Source: a virus (lineage: Duplodnaviria; Caudoviricetes). Taken from it: a DNA stretch of 64,000 nucleotides. Both the position numbers and the translations under genes were made by a program. This document shows positions 8,753-18,507 of the stretch, in pieces. Numbering within the stretch: the stretch's first letter is position 1; each line of letters opens with the position of its first letter. Location of the stretch: positions 1,930-65,929 of IMG/VR virus record IMGVR_UViG_3300032782_000010; one strand, given 5' to 3'. The notes beneath the pieces are model-generated. The model was given only the letters and a program-made list of their open reading frames with translations. It did not search any database and had not been told where the DNA came from.

Positions 8753-10948
8753 GTGAGCTGGTACTCCAAGTCGCGGTGGTTGGCAGCAGCAATCTTCTTC
8801 TTGCTGCTGCCGTTCGTCGTTTTCTCCCAGACGAAGATCAGGCTGCACGACGCGGCGTCGGACGTCTCGGGCTACAAGAAGGCGGACCTGGCTCTTGGCC
8901 CTTCGAACACCACGGCGGTGACCAACACTCAGGCGAGCGGCACGGACATCCAGGTGACGAAGACCGGCGGCGGCTCGACGGTCGCCTGGATAACTCAGCC
9001 GTTTCAGACGGCGGTGACGATCTCGGGGACGGTGACGTGCAACATCTACGCGGGCGAGTCAGCGACGTCGGCGAACGCAGCGCTGCGCTGTCGTCTGTAC
9101 AAGTACTCCGGTGGCTCGGAGGGCTCGACGTTCATGACGGCGAACATGTCGACCGAGCTCTCGACGTCGACTACGACGGTTCGGAACTGGACTGGCTCGC
9201 CGACGAGCACGAGCTTCGCCGCTGGCGATCGCCTCGTCATCAAGCTCTTTCTCGAGAACTGCGCGACGAGCGGCTGTCCGACCGGGACGATGGCAGGATC
9301 TCAAACGGTGACGGTGGGCTACGACGGCACGACGGACGGCTCGAACGCCGCGAGCTGGGTGCAGACGAACGAGAACTTGGTCTTGAGTCCTTCGCCTTCG
9401 GTCTCCCTCACGACGAGCGATTCATGCGTGACGTCAACTTGCCGAGCCGCATCGCCGATCGACACGGTGATCGGTTCGGATTCGGTCGCCGCAACGAAGG
9501 GATCTTCAAATACCGTAACACCGTCAGAAAGTTTGACGACCAGCGATTCGGCCCGCGCAACGACGTTCAAATCTGGTGCTGTCTCGGAAAGTCTTACTAC
9601 CACGTCTTCTGTGATTACGGCGGCGGGTTTCGTCAAGTCGCCCACCGAGTCGCTGACCACGACGTCTTCGTGCGCTACGGCTATTTGTCGACCGATAGGG
9701 GTGATAGATACGGTCATTGGCTTGGACTCGGTGGCGGCGAGTCATGGATACTTTACCGCCGTGTCGGAGTCGCTGACGACGAGCGCGTCCGGGAGCGGGT
9801 CGACCTCGACCTCGAAGAACGCGAGCGTGTCGGAGTCGCTGACGACGAGCGCGTCGTGCTCTGCGTCTACCTGCCGCCCGGTGCCGATCATCGAGACGGT
9901 GCTGAGCTCGGACTCCGTTATAACTGGTCACAACTTCAGCATCCCGATCACTCAGAACTTAAGTACTCAGGACAACGTCAGCGGAAGGATCGCGAGCATA
10001 TCTATCTCCGAGAGTCTGAGCACGTCGAGCTCGGCGACGGCCGTAAAGAACAACGGCGGGATAGTGGTAGAGAATCTGACGACGAGCTCTTCGGTGACGG
10101 CTACCAAGGTGGCGTCCGTATCGCTCTCAGAGAATCTAAGTACGATAGACTCCTTGCTTGCGCTACTCTGCGGCGCGATTCCGGAGAACCTGACGACCGT
10201 CGCGACGCCGGTCGTGACGGCTCAGTACAACAGAGTAGCGTCCGAGTCTCTCACGACGAGCGGGACGACGCTGACCTCGCTGGGGCTTCACGTTTCGGTA
10301 TCTCAGAGCTTGACTACGACGGACTCGTCGGCGACGACGAGGTCTCTCCTGGTATCGGAGTCAGAGTCGCTCACTACGAACGACGCGGTCGCGACGTCGA
10401 ACACGACGCCGAACAGCATCCACGTGAGCAACACCTTGACGACTACGGATCTAGTGACTGCGATCTCGGACCAGTCGGTGAGCATAAACAACACGTATAC
10501 TCCGACGGACGCGGTAGCTTCCCAGCTGGACGCCGCAGCGTCGGTAGCAGTGAGCATTCCTACCGTGGCGAGCGTGAACGTAGCCACGATAGCTCACTTC
10601 TCGGTGGACGTATCGGAGAGCTTAACTACGGCCGCGTCGGGATCGACGTTCTCTCAGTTCGTGAGATCGCTTACGGAGAACACCGCGACGTCGGACTTCG
10701 CGAGTCAGTTGAAGTCTCTCGGTGCGTCGGCCTCGGAGAACTTGGCTACAAGCGACGCGGTCACGGTGTCTTCTACCCATCTGCTCTTCGTCGCGGCGAC
10801 GACGACTCTCCACGAGAGCGACGCCGTCGGGACGGTTTCGCCGCTAGCTGTTCAGATGGGAGAAGGGACGAGCACCCAGGACGTCGTTACGGTTACGGTC
10901 ATAAGGTTTGGGACGCGGAGACGCTTCGTGATTATCGAAACACCATAG
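8753..10948 (+). CDS. Ser/Thr-rich repeat protein with signal peptide (putative filament/fibre)
   Basis: WLAAAIFFLLLPFVVFSQ leader; about 25 degenerate S-E-S/N-L-T-T repeats at ~20-aa spacing. Confidence 0.8.
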   Translation: MSWYSKSRWLAAAIFFLLLPFVVFSQTKIRLHDAASDVSGYKKADLALGPSNTTAVTNTQASGTDIQVTKTGGGSTVAWITQPFQTAVTISGTVTCNIYAGESATSANAALRCRLYKYSGGSEGSTFMTANMSTELSTSTTTVRNWTGSPTSTSFAAGDRLVIKLFLENCATSGCPTGTMAGSQTVTVGYDGTTDGSNAASWVQTNENLVLSPSPSVSLTTSDSCVTSTCRAASPIDTVIGSDSVAATKGSSNTVTPSESLTTSDSARATTFKSGAVSESLTTTSSVITAAGFVKSPTESLTTTSSCATAICRPIGVIDTVIGLDSVAASHGYFTAVSESLTTSASGSGSTSTSKNASVSESLTTSASCSASTCRPVPIIETVLSSDSVITGHNFSIPITQNLSTQDNVSGRIASISISESLSTSSSATAVKNNGGIVVENLTTSSSVTATKVASVSLSENLSTIDSLLALLCGAIPENLTTVATPVVTAQYNRVASESLTTSGTTLTSLGLHVSVSQSLTTTDSSATTRSLLVSESESLTTNDAVATSNTTPNSIHVSNTLTTTDLVTAISDQSVSINNTYTPTDAVASQLDAAASVAVSIPTVASVNVATIAHFSVDVSESLTTAASGSTFSQFVRSLTENTATSDFASQLKSLGASASENLATSDAVTVSSTHLLFVAATTTLHESDAVGTVSPLAVQMGEGTSTQDVVTVTVIRFGTRRRFVIIETP
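9760..9855 (+). repeat. 30-bp direct repeat inside the repeat-protein gene
   Basis: CGTGTCGGAGTCGCTGACGACGAGCGCGTC at 9760-9789 and 9826-9855. Confidence 0.9.
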
Positions 10949-10958
10949 GAGAGATGTG

Positions 10959-11741
10959 ATGAGAAAGATTCTAAGTTCAATTCTTTGCTTGGCGTTAATG
11001 CTTGGTTTCTGTCAGGTCGCCGACCCGCAGTCTGGCTGCGTCATCCCAGCGCAGACCGCGCTCGTGAAGACGTCAAGCTATACCGGACTCTCCACCGATG
11101 CCGGGAAAATGATTGTCTTCAATTGCTCCTCGGCATGCACTTACACGCTGCCCTCCACGCCGCAATCGCCTAACTGGACCGTGTGGGTTGTCACTGAAGG
11201 AGCTGGAACGGTCACCATCAATCCGAATGGTCTGACGATTAACAATTCTTCTTCATCCTTCGATTTGCCGATCACGAGCGGATCCGGCGTCACGATTTCT
11301 ACGGATAACACGAACTATTTCGCGCATGGTATTAGGACGACTTACCATTCATGCGATATCGCTTTTGGAAGTACAAATGCCTCATCGGCGCTCGCGAATG
11401 CCGATCTTGGACCTCAATCGCGTGTCTGTTTTGTTCCTGCGGCCGGCACAGTCATTGAAGTTCGCGTGAACGCCGACGCGGGAACACCGAATATCATCGT
11501 GGGTCGCAATCGCGCCGGTACGGTCGTCAACCTGACCTCTTCGGCTCTAGCGACCGCCTCGTCCGGAGGGATCGCGTGCGCCGAGACCGGGACGACCTCC
11601 GCATTTGATGCTACGACTTGCTCGGCGACGTTGCAGAACACCGGACTCAATAAGGGGGATTACATCGAAGCGGTGAGCGGTACGGCGGGTGGAACGGCGA
11701 AGTGGATGGTCGCCCACATCATCTATACGACGGTGAACTAA
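10959..11741 (+). CDS. putative exported virion-associated protein
   Basis: AGGAG RBS; MRKILSSILCLALMLGFCQ leader; TYTLP/GTVTI fibre-like motifs. Confidence 0.75.
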   Translation: MRKILSSILCLALMLGFCQVADPQSGCVIPAQTALVKTSSYTGLSTDAGKMIVFNCSSACTYTLPSTPQSPNWTVWVVTEGAGTVTINPNGLTINNSSSSFDLPITSGSGVTISTDNTNYFAHGIRTTYHSCDIAFGSTNASSALANADLGPQSRVCFVPAAGTVIEVRVNADAGTPNIIVGRNRAGTVVNLTSSALATASSGGIACAETGTTSAFDATTCSATLQNTGLNKGDYIEAVSGTAGGTAKWMVAHIIYTTVN

Positions 11742-12446
11742 ATGTTCAGAAGACTTTTACTCTCAGCGATTCTTATTCTTTCTCAGCAAGCACGCATTCC
11801 CGGGCCTGGAGGATATAAACCATCTTCCGGAACTCTAGGTCCCGGAGCTACTTGCACCGGTCATGTCGCAGCCGGAGATGTGACTTGCATATTCAGTCCA
11901 AGTCTTAGCAGTGGCAGTATTCTTATTATCGGATGGGCTGCCGCGGGTCCTCCCACTGGATTCACCGTAACGGGTTGCGGGGCATCGTGGGCGAGTGATA
12001 CTTTTTCCCAAGATGCGAATAGATCAATAGGGACCGGTGCTTCTTCCGGAGCTTGTACCGTTACGATCCACGTTACCGCAGGAACGGATTCACAGAAAGA
12101 TGTCGCCGGGCTCGAAGTTAAGAGCAGTAGCGGAATTGACGATTCGGCTCACGGCGCTATCGCGGATCAGGGTTTTATCGCTACGCCGAATACGATCAGT
12201 TCTCCGAGCTTGACTACGACGGTTAGCAACGCCTTGGTTATTGGAATAGTTGTAGATTATAACGGAAACGGGACGACGTTCACGGCCGGTTCTCCTGCGA
12301 CTATAGCGGTCCAAACGAGTCAGGCTACTAATGTCAACGTCGCGATAGAGTCCTACACGAAAGCGACTGCCGGGGCAACGCAGCCGACTTTTACTTACAA
12401 CAGTAATTCTAGCTTTGCGACTGCATCGGCGGCGTTTAAACCATGA
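11742..12446 (+). CDS. putative exported beta-sandwich protein
   Basis: MFRRLLLSAILILSQQA leader; Gly/Thr/Ser-rich. Confidence 0.7.
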   Translation: MFRRLLLSAILILSQQARIPGPGGYKPSSGTLGPGATCTGHVAAGDVTCIFSPSLSSGSILIIGWAAAGPPTGFTVTGCGASWASDTFSQDANRSIGTGASSGACTVTIHVTAGTDSQKDVAGLEVKSSSGIDDSAHGAIADQGFIATPNTISSPSLTTTVSNALVIGIVVDYNGNGTTFTAGSPATIAVQTSQATNVNVAIESYTKATAGATQPTFTYNSNSSFATASAAFKP

Positions 12447-14488
12447 GGAAATTTTCTCTAATTGCGGCGATTCTCTTCTTCACTCCCTTCGCTCAGGCGG
12501 CAACACATTGGGTCAGCCCGACCGGAGCCGCGGCGTATGGAAGTTGTATGGGCGCGTCTCCGCTGAGCGGAACGAGCGCTTGTTCGCTCGGCACAGCGAA
12601 TGCAAATGCTATCGCCGGAGACCTTGTTTACCTGAGGGCGGGTACTTACAGCACCGGGGTAGCGCCAACGCACAGCGGTTCTAGTGGGAATCGAATCACT
12701 TTTCAGGAATATCCTACCGATGGCTCGCAAACGGCAATCATTTCTGGCGTCATCTATGGGATTGACCTTGAAGCTGTTTCCTATATCGTTGTGCTGAATC
12801 TGGAAATTCTCAATCCGACCGTGCATTGGGGGAACATCACCGAAGGTGCTCACCACAACGAGGTAGCTAATTGTCTCTTCTTGGTAACCGGCACCCAAAG
12901 CGCACCGTCTTTCTTCATCGGCCCAAATTCCGATCTTCTCTTCCCTACACATAACTGGATTCACAACAACACCTTTAGCTGGACTCCAGGGGCAAAGTCA
13001 GTTGGAACAGAAGGCGCTGGCTGTACAGACGGCGGCGGGGACGACCTAGACGTTGGACAGTCGGGCGGAACCTACGGCAACACGACGGGCGATAACAGCA
13101 ACAACAACTCGATTGAGAACAATATTTTCAACCACGCCCCTCACGCAGCGTTCGACGGATACGCCAAGTTCACGGTATTCAGAGGGAATATAATCAATAA
13201 CGAACCGTGGTCATCCGGTTGCTCAACCACGACGAACTACTCCAATACTCTCTATTCTAACTCGACTTACAACGGGAAGTACGCTCACAGAGACGCTCAG
13301 TTCACGGAAGACTTCAATCGCGACATGACTTTCAACTTGTTCGAGGGGAATCGCTTCGGCTACGCTGGCATCAATCAAGACAATGACGGCGCTGAGAATT
13401 TTGACCTCGCTACGGACGGCTCAATCCTTCGCTATAGTTTCTTCTACGCCTCGATGGGTTCCTGCCTTCAGTTCAAGTACACCAGAGGAGGTGGCGTAGG
13501 TGGAGGCGGAAATGGTGGAACCTACAACCGTACTTACAACAACACTTTCTATGATTGCGGAATTGGCTGGCCCCCTGCCGTGCTGGCAGTCGGAAGTGGC
13601 TGCAACACTAGCTCATGTCCATTTGCCGCGGTAGCCATCTCAAACTACATCGGCGGCTCATCCGGCTCGGCGCAGGGCAATGTAGTAAAGAACAACCTCA
13701 TCTATGAGCCGGATTCGCTTGGTCTCGCTACCTATCATGCCGATGCGATTGACCATAGTCCGGGAGGCTCTAGCCCTCCCTTCTCCCCTACTATTTCATG
13801 GACTGAATTTGCATCCGCCACAAACAACTGGTGTACTCAAGCGCAAACTTCTGGCGGCGCTTGTTCGGCTACTGGGAATCCCTTGTTCACAAATCCCGAT
13901 ATTACAACGCCATCCAGCATAACACTTCCAGACTTATCTCTTCAATCAGGCTCACCTGCCATCAATGGCGGAACATGGCTCACCACAGCGACAAACTCAG
14001 GTTCTAGCTCAACGACTCTAACTGTTGCTGACGCGCAATACTTCCAGGACGGAACTTGGGGGAGCGACCTTGCGAGGTTATCTGCTGGCCTTGGAGGAAC
14101 ATTCCAGCCGGATTGCATCGCTATCACGACGGTTACGAATACGGTCTGCATCGCCTCTATCACTTATGGAACATACAATGCTCCTGCGGGAACGGTCGCA
14201 CTTGCCTCGCCTATGACTTGGAGCAGTGGGGCGCATATCTGGCTCTACAAGAAGTCTGACGGTTCAGTCGTGCTTGCCGGCGCGGCTCCGGATTATGGTG
14301 CGAGTGAGTTTACCGGTAGCGGTGCTAATCAGAACGGAAGTTGTATGGAGAATCTGACGACGACAGCAGCCGCGTCCACTCAGCGGGCGCTCCACGTTAA
14401 TCCTTCTGAGATTTTGACGACGACATCTTCGATTTCTGGAACAAGTGGTCACCAAAATCTCTTCGCGTGTCACCCGGCGACACCATAA
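12443..14488 (+). CDS. exported right-handed beta-helix (pectin-lyase-like) protein, possible depolymerase or adhesin
   Basis: Signal peptide ending AQA; HWVSPTG, AGDLVYLRAGTY, Asn-ladder repeats, LQSGSPAINGG and APDYGASEF; lower GC. Confidence 0.8.
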   Translation: MRKFSLIAAILFFTPFAQAATHWVSPTGAAAYGSCMGASPLSGTSACSLGTANANAIAGDLVYLRAGTYSTGVAPTHSGSSGNRITFQEYPTDGSQTAIISGVIYGIDLEAVSYIVVLNLEILNPTVHWGNITEGAHHNEVANCLFLVTGTQSAPSFFIGPNSDLLFPTHNWIHNNTFSWTPGAKSVGTEGAGCTDGGGDDLDVGQSGGTYGNTTGDNSNNNSIENNIFNHAPHAAFDGYAKFTVFRGNIINNEPWSSGCSTTTNYSNTLYSNSTYNGKYAHRDAQFTEDFNRDMTFNLFEGNRFGYAGINQDNDGAENFDLATDGSILRYSFFYASMGSCLQFKYTRGGGVGGGGNGGTYNRTYNNTFYDCGIGWPPAVLAVGSGCNTSSCPFAAVAISNYIGGSSGSAQGNVVKNNLIYEPDSLGLATYHADAIDHSPGGSSPPFSPTISWTEFASATNNWCTQAQTSGGACSATGNPLFTNPDITTPSSITLPDLSLQSGSPAINGGTWLTTATNSGSSSTTLTVADAQYFQDGTWGSDLARLSAGLGGTFQPDCIAITTVTNTVCIASITYGTYNAPAGTVALASPMTWSSGAHIWLYKKSDGSVVLAGAAPDYGASEFTGSGANQNGSCMENLTTTAAASTQRALHVNPSEILTTTSSISGTSGHQNLFACHPATP

Positions 14489-14498
14489 AGGAGAAGAA

Positions 14499-14969
14499 AT
14501 GAAAATATTTTACTCAACCTTGCTTCTGCTAATCGGCTTACTCTTCGCGCTCCCGAGCTTCGCGGCGAACCAGCCCGAGCTCGGCGTCATCGTGAACGAC
14601 GCGAAGCCGGTGCTCGCCGGAGCTCTACCGTCGGGGACTCCGAAGACGCTCACGGTGACGCTGACGTTCGACTTCTCTCAGTCGAACGCCTGCTCGGCGA
14701 CGGTGACGACGGGGTGCGTCAAGCAGTTCAACTTCTACCTCTCGGGAGCCGGCGGCGCGAAGACGCTGCTCTTCTCGATCCCCGCGCCCTCGGGCGCGTC
14801 GACTCTCCAGACCCTGACGGTTACGAGCCCCACCGTGAGCTTGGCGCTCGGGAACAACACGATCCTGGCCACGGTGGCTACGCCTGACCCGTTGGAGTCC
14901 TCGGCTCTTAGCGTGGTGGTTCCGGTCCCGCCTAATCCGCTGATCTCGTGCACGATAACGCCTAACTAG
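14499..14969 (+). CDS. exported Ig/FN3-like protein
   Basis: AAGGAG RBS; signal peptide ending PSFA; C-x7-C pair. Confidence 0.7.
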   Translation: MKIFYSTLLLLIGLLFALPSFAANQPELGVIVNDAKPVLAGALPSGTPKTLTVTLTFDFSQSNACSATVTTGCVKQFNFYLSGAGGAKTLLFSIPAPSGASTLQTLTVTSPTVSLALGNNTILATVATPDPLESSALSVVVPVPPNPLISCTITPN

Positions 14970-14986
14970 GCGGTGGAGGAATTACG

Positions 14987-15358
14987 ATGGACCCAGCTTC
15001 TGCTCAAGACCTGGTCATCTCGCAGGTGACGTACTCGACGCTCGCGGTCATGGCGCTGCAGTGGCTGAAGAGGTCTCGGTTTGCGCCGTTCATCACCTTC
15101 GAGACCGACGCGCTCAACAAGATGGTCGCGGCGTTCTTCGCGGCGATGACCGCGGTCGGGATTCACGCTCAGTACGACAGCGTGGCGCATACGCTGATGA
15201 TCACTAACATCACCTTCATGGCGGTGGCGCACGGCGTCTGGCACTTCGTTCAGAGCTTCTCGTTCCAGGAACTTATCTACCACGGCGTTCTTAAGCCGAA
15301 TCCGGCTCCGGTCGTAGTTGCTCCCGTCGCGCCGGTGGTAAAGGAAGAGGGTAAGTGA
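14987..15358 (+). CDS. small membrane protein (holin-like)
   Basis: GGAGG RBS; 2-3 hydrophobic segments; QWLK motif. Confidence 0.6.
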   Translation: MDPASAQDLVISQVTYSTLAVMALQWLKRSRFAPFITFETDALNKMVAAFFAAMTAVGIHAQYDSVAHTLMITNITFMAVAHGVWHFVQSFSFQELIYHGVLKPNPAPVVVAPVAPVVKEEGK

Positions 15359-15708
15359 TCGTCTACTGGCTAAAGCGGCTAGCGGTTTATCTTCTTCGAC
15401 TCGTGCGCTCGCCCAAGAACGGCGAGCTCGCGTTCGTCGACCCGAACGAGAAGTGTCCGTGCTGCGGAGCTCGCGACGGCCACCTGCGCTGCGTGAGCGT
15501 GACCAATAATCAGCTCGGCTGCCAGCACACGTGCAACGTCTGCGGGTGCCGCTGGCTCGTAAAACCGGTGGTCGCGCTGACCTCGACGTGGGCCCAGCCG
15601 GGAGTAGCGAGAACGACGGTGGAGGAGAAGGAAGATCGTGCGCCGCTGCGCCTGTTGATTCCGCCCGCGGCGGACGCGGCAGTAGAGGAGAGAGCAAAGG
15701 CTAGCTGA
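15355..15708 (+). CDS. Zn-ribbon protein
   Basis: CPCC...CNVC; translationally coupled to its neighbours. Confidence 0.6.
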   Translation: MIVYWLKRLAVYLLRLVRSPKNGELAFVDPNEKCPCCGARDGHLRCVSVTNNQLGCQHTCNVCGCRWLVKPVVALTSTWAQPGVARTTVEEKEDRAPLRLLIPPAADAAVEERAKAS

Positions 15709-18155
15709 TGGCACCGAACAACAGTATCGTTATTCGCCCGATGACCGGAGCCGCCGCGGTCCTCGACCGCCTGACGCAGCCGCTCTACGAAGCGCCGGAG
15801 ACGGAGATCCGGGGGCTCGACCCGGCTCAGTGGGCGTCGCCTCTCCAGCCGATCAAGCCGATAGGCGGGCCGAATGCTGAGCCGCAGGCCTTTCAGCTCT
15901 GGGCGGGCCAGAACCTCATCTACACGCCTCGGCCGGACGCGGACCTCTCGGCGGCTGACCTGAAGGCCTTCGCGAGCTACCCACTGGCCCGGCTCTGCAT
16001 CGAGAACATCAAGGATATCGTCTGCGAGGCGCCTTGGGAGATCCAGCTGAAGAGCCAGCCTGGCGAGACGAAGGCTCAGGCGGCGAAGCGCGCGAAGGGT
16101 AACGAGGACCTGCTCAAGCTTAATCGGTTCTTCGAGCACCCGGACCGCGAGCACTTCTGGGACGAGTGGCTGCGGCTGGTGATCGAGGACCTCCTCGTCG
16201 GCGATTACGTGTCGATCTTGATACGCAAGACTTTCGGCGGGCAGCTCGTCGAGACGCCTCCGATCCGCGGAGAGATGATCACGCGGTACGTGGACGCGAA
16301 CGGGTGGACGCCGCTTGCTCCGGACCCGGCCTACGCTCAGCTCTGGTGGGGAATCCCGCGGGTCGACCTCTCGACGGACCAGCTCGTCTACAAGCCGCGG
16401 AACATCGTTCCGCGGAACACGATGGCGTCGCAGCTCTACGGCATGAGCCAGACCGAGCAGCTCGCGCCCGAGATCGAGATCGGCATACAGCGGCTCGCGT
16501 TCGTCCTCGCCTACTACACCGAGGGGTCGGTGCCGGGCGTCGTGCAGGTAGTACCGAAGGGAACGCCGCCGGACAAGATCGAGGAGGCGATGAAGTGGAT
16601 GAACTCAGAGCTCGCCGGCAACCTCGCGAAGCGCCGGCAGTGGCGTCTCGTCCAGGGCTTCAACGAGCCGGGCAAGGCTGACCAGATCGAGTTTACGAAG
16701 GAGGCGCTGCTCTCCGACCCGTACGACGAGAAGCACATGCGCACGCTCGCGTTCGGCTACGGAGTCAGCCCTCAACGACTGATGAAGCAGATGAACCGCG
16801 CGTCGTCCGAGCAGGCCGACGACGCTGCCGAGGTCGAGGGCGTTCGTCCTATCCTCGGCTACGTTCGCAACCTCGTCAACGAGATCATCCAGCGGCGCGC
16901 GGGCTACACCGAGTTTGAGCTGAAGATTGCTCCGCAGGATGAGCCGGACGCTCAGAAGCAGGCCGAGACGCTGACGACGTACGTCAAGAGCTCGGTGCTT
17001 CGGCCAAACGAGGCGCGCGAGAAGCTGGGCGAGGACCCGGACCCGGCCCCCGCGGCGAACGAACTCGGCGTGGTCACCGGCACCGGCTTCGTCACGCTCT
17101 CGCAGCAGCAGGAGCTCCACGAGGCGGCGCTCGAGACGCAGGCCGCGACCGCGGAGGCTCAGCGTAACCCGAAACCGGCGGTGGGTGCTCCTCAGGGGGA
17201 CGGGAAGGCAGGCGCAGCTGGAGAGTCTTCAGGGGGAGCGAAGAAGGAGCCAACCTCCGGTGACGATACGGCGAAGCTCATGAAGGGGCTGCTTCACGTG
17301 GTTCGTAACCACGAGCTCAGGAAGACCAAGAAGGTTCAGCCGCACGGCGTAGTGAAGGCGAAGATCCACCCTGGCAGGCTGACGACCGAGTCGATCGTTG
17401 CGAAGCACGAGCTCGAGCGCGTCGCGCAGAATCGTCTGCGGCGCATGGGCCGGATCGCGACGCGGGTTCTGAGAAAGAGAGTCGGTATCGCGACGAAGGC
17501 GAGCGCGGACGAGAACGCGGCGCTGCAGGAGATCCTCGACGAGCTCTCGGCCGAATGGCTGGCGCTCGCGGAGGAGGCTCGCGGTCCGATCGAGGACGCC
17601 TCGACGTCCGGCGCGGAGCTCGGCACGCTCCAGCTCGATATCACGGACGACGACCTCATCGCGAAGGTGAACGCGCAGGCCTCGGCCTGGGCCGCCGACC
17701 GGGCCGCGGAGCTCGTAGGCATGAAGCGAACGTCGAACGGGGACCTCGTCGCTAACCCGGACGCGAAGTGGGCGATCACCGACACGACGCGCGACAAGCT
17801 CCGGGAGATAATCGCGGACGTCTTCGAGATGGAAGCGCCGACGCTCGCGGATATCGAGCAGCGGATCATAGACGCCGGCATCTTCGACGACCAGCGCGCG
17901 ACGATGATCGCGCGAACGGAGGTCGCTCGCGCTCAGTCGCAGGCGAACCTGATGTCGTGGCGCGAGTCCGGCCTGGTCCTCAAGGTCAGCTGGCAGGTCT
18001 CGGCGGACCACGAGATAGACGACATCTGCGACGACAACGAGGACGAGTCGCCGTACGAGCTCGACAGCATTCCGGAGCACCCGGCGCACCCGAACTGCGA
18101 GTGCGTCATCACGCTCGAGCAGCTCAAGGGCGAGCCGGATGGGAGCGAGGAGTAA
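15708..18155 (+). CDS. portal protein fused to a MuF/head-morphogenesis domain
   Basis: YGMSQTE, YYTEGSVP, LRPNEAR portal motifs; C-terminal IARTE...PAHPNCEC MuF motif. Confidence 0.9.
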   Translation: MAPNNSIVIRPMTGAAAVLDRLTQPLYEAPETEIRGLDPAQWASPLQPIKPIGGPNAEPQAFQLWAGQNLIYTPRPDADLSAADLKAFASYPLARLCIENIKDIVCEAPWEIQLKSQPGETKAQAAKRAKGNEDLLKLNRFFEHPDREHFWDEWLRLVIEDLLVGDYVSILIRKTFGGQLVETPPIRGEMITRYVDANGWTPLAPDPAYAQLWWGIPRVDLSTDQLVYKPRNIVPRNTMASQLYGMSQTEQLAPEIEIGIQRLAFVLAYYTEGSVPGVVQVVPKGTPPDKIEEAMKWMNSELAGNLAKRRQWRLVQGFNEPGKADQIEFTKEALLSDPYDEKHMRTLAFGYGVSPQRLMKQMNRASSEQADDAAEVEGVRPILGYVRNLVNEIIQRRAGYTEFELKIAPQDEPDAQKQAETLTTYVKSSVLRPNEAREKLGEDPDPAPAANELGVVTGTGFVTLSQQQELHEAALETQAATAEAQRNPKPAVGAPQGDGKAGAAGESSGGAKKEPTSGDDTAKLMKGLLHVVRNHELRKTKKVQPHGVVKAKIHPGRLTTESIVAKHELERVAQNRLRRMGRIATRVLRKRVGIATKASADENAALQEILDELSAEWLALAEEARGPIEDASTSGAELGTLQLDITDDDLIAKVNAQASAWAADRAAELVGMKRTSNGDLVANPDAKWAITDTTRDKLREIIADVFEMEAPTLADIEQRIIDAGIFDDQRATMIARTEVARAQSQANLMSWRESGLVLKVSWQVSADHEIDDICDDNEDESPYELDSIPEHPAHPNCECVITLEQLKGEPDGSEE

Positions 18156-18158
18156 GTT

Positions 18159-18503
18159 ATGACGAAAGAAGTGGAAGTCTTAAACACTCAAGGCGCGGAT
18201 GCGACGAAGAACCCATTCGTTAAGGAGCTCCACTCTCCGGAGAGTAAGCTTCCGGTGGCCATAGAGGTTGTTCTTGCTAAGCCGGCTCAGCACGACGCGT
18301 ACCAGTTTGCCGGGAATATTGACGATCGTTTTAGCTTCGGAATGGATAGCTCGTCTACAGCGAGATCGCTTCGTGAGATCGCAGATAAGATCGAGAACGG
18401 GGAATATCTTGTACAGTCCGGATATGTGCTGACATACGCCATGCTAGATGAATATCCGATGTCGGTCGTTCAGCTTAAGTTTCACGCGAAGAGGGTGAAG
18501 TAA
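18159..18503 (+). CDS. hypothetical protein
   Basis: GAGGAG RBS; lower-GC ORF between portal and protease. Confidence 0.6.
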   Translation: MTKEVEVLNTQGADATKNPFVKELHSPESKLPVAIEVVLAKPAQHDAYQFAGNIDDRFSFGMDSSSTARSLREIADKIENGEYLVQSGYVLTYAMLDEYPMSVVQLKFHAKRVK

Positions 18504-18507
18504 ATCC

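Noticed and set aside
8749-10959. 736-aa ORF overlapping the repeat protein in another + frame
   Set aside because: Arg/Asp/Gly-rich shadow of TCG/ACG codons; stops are rare in this frame because third positions are G/C
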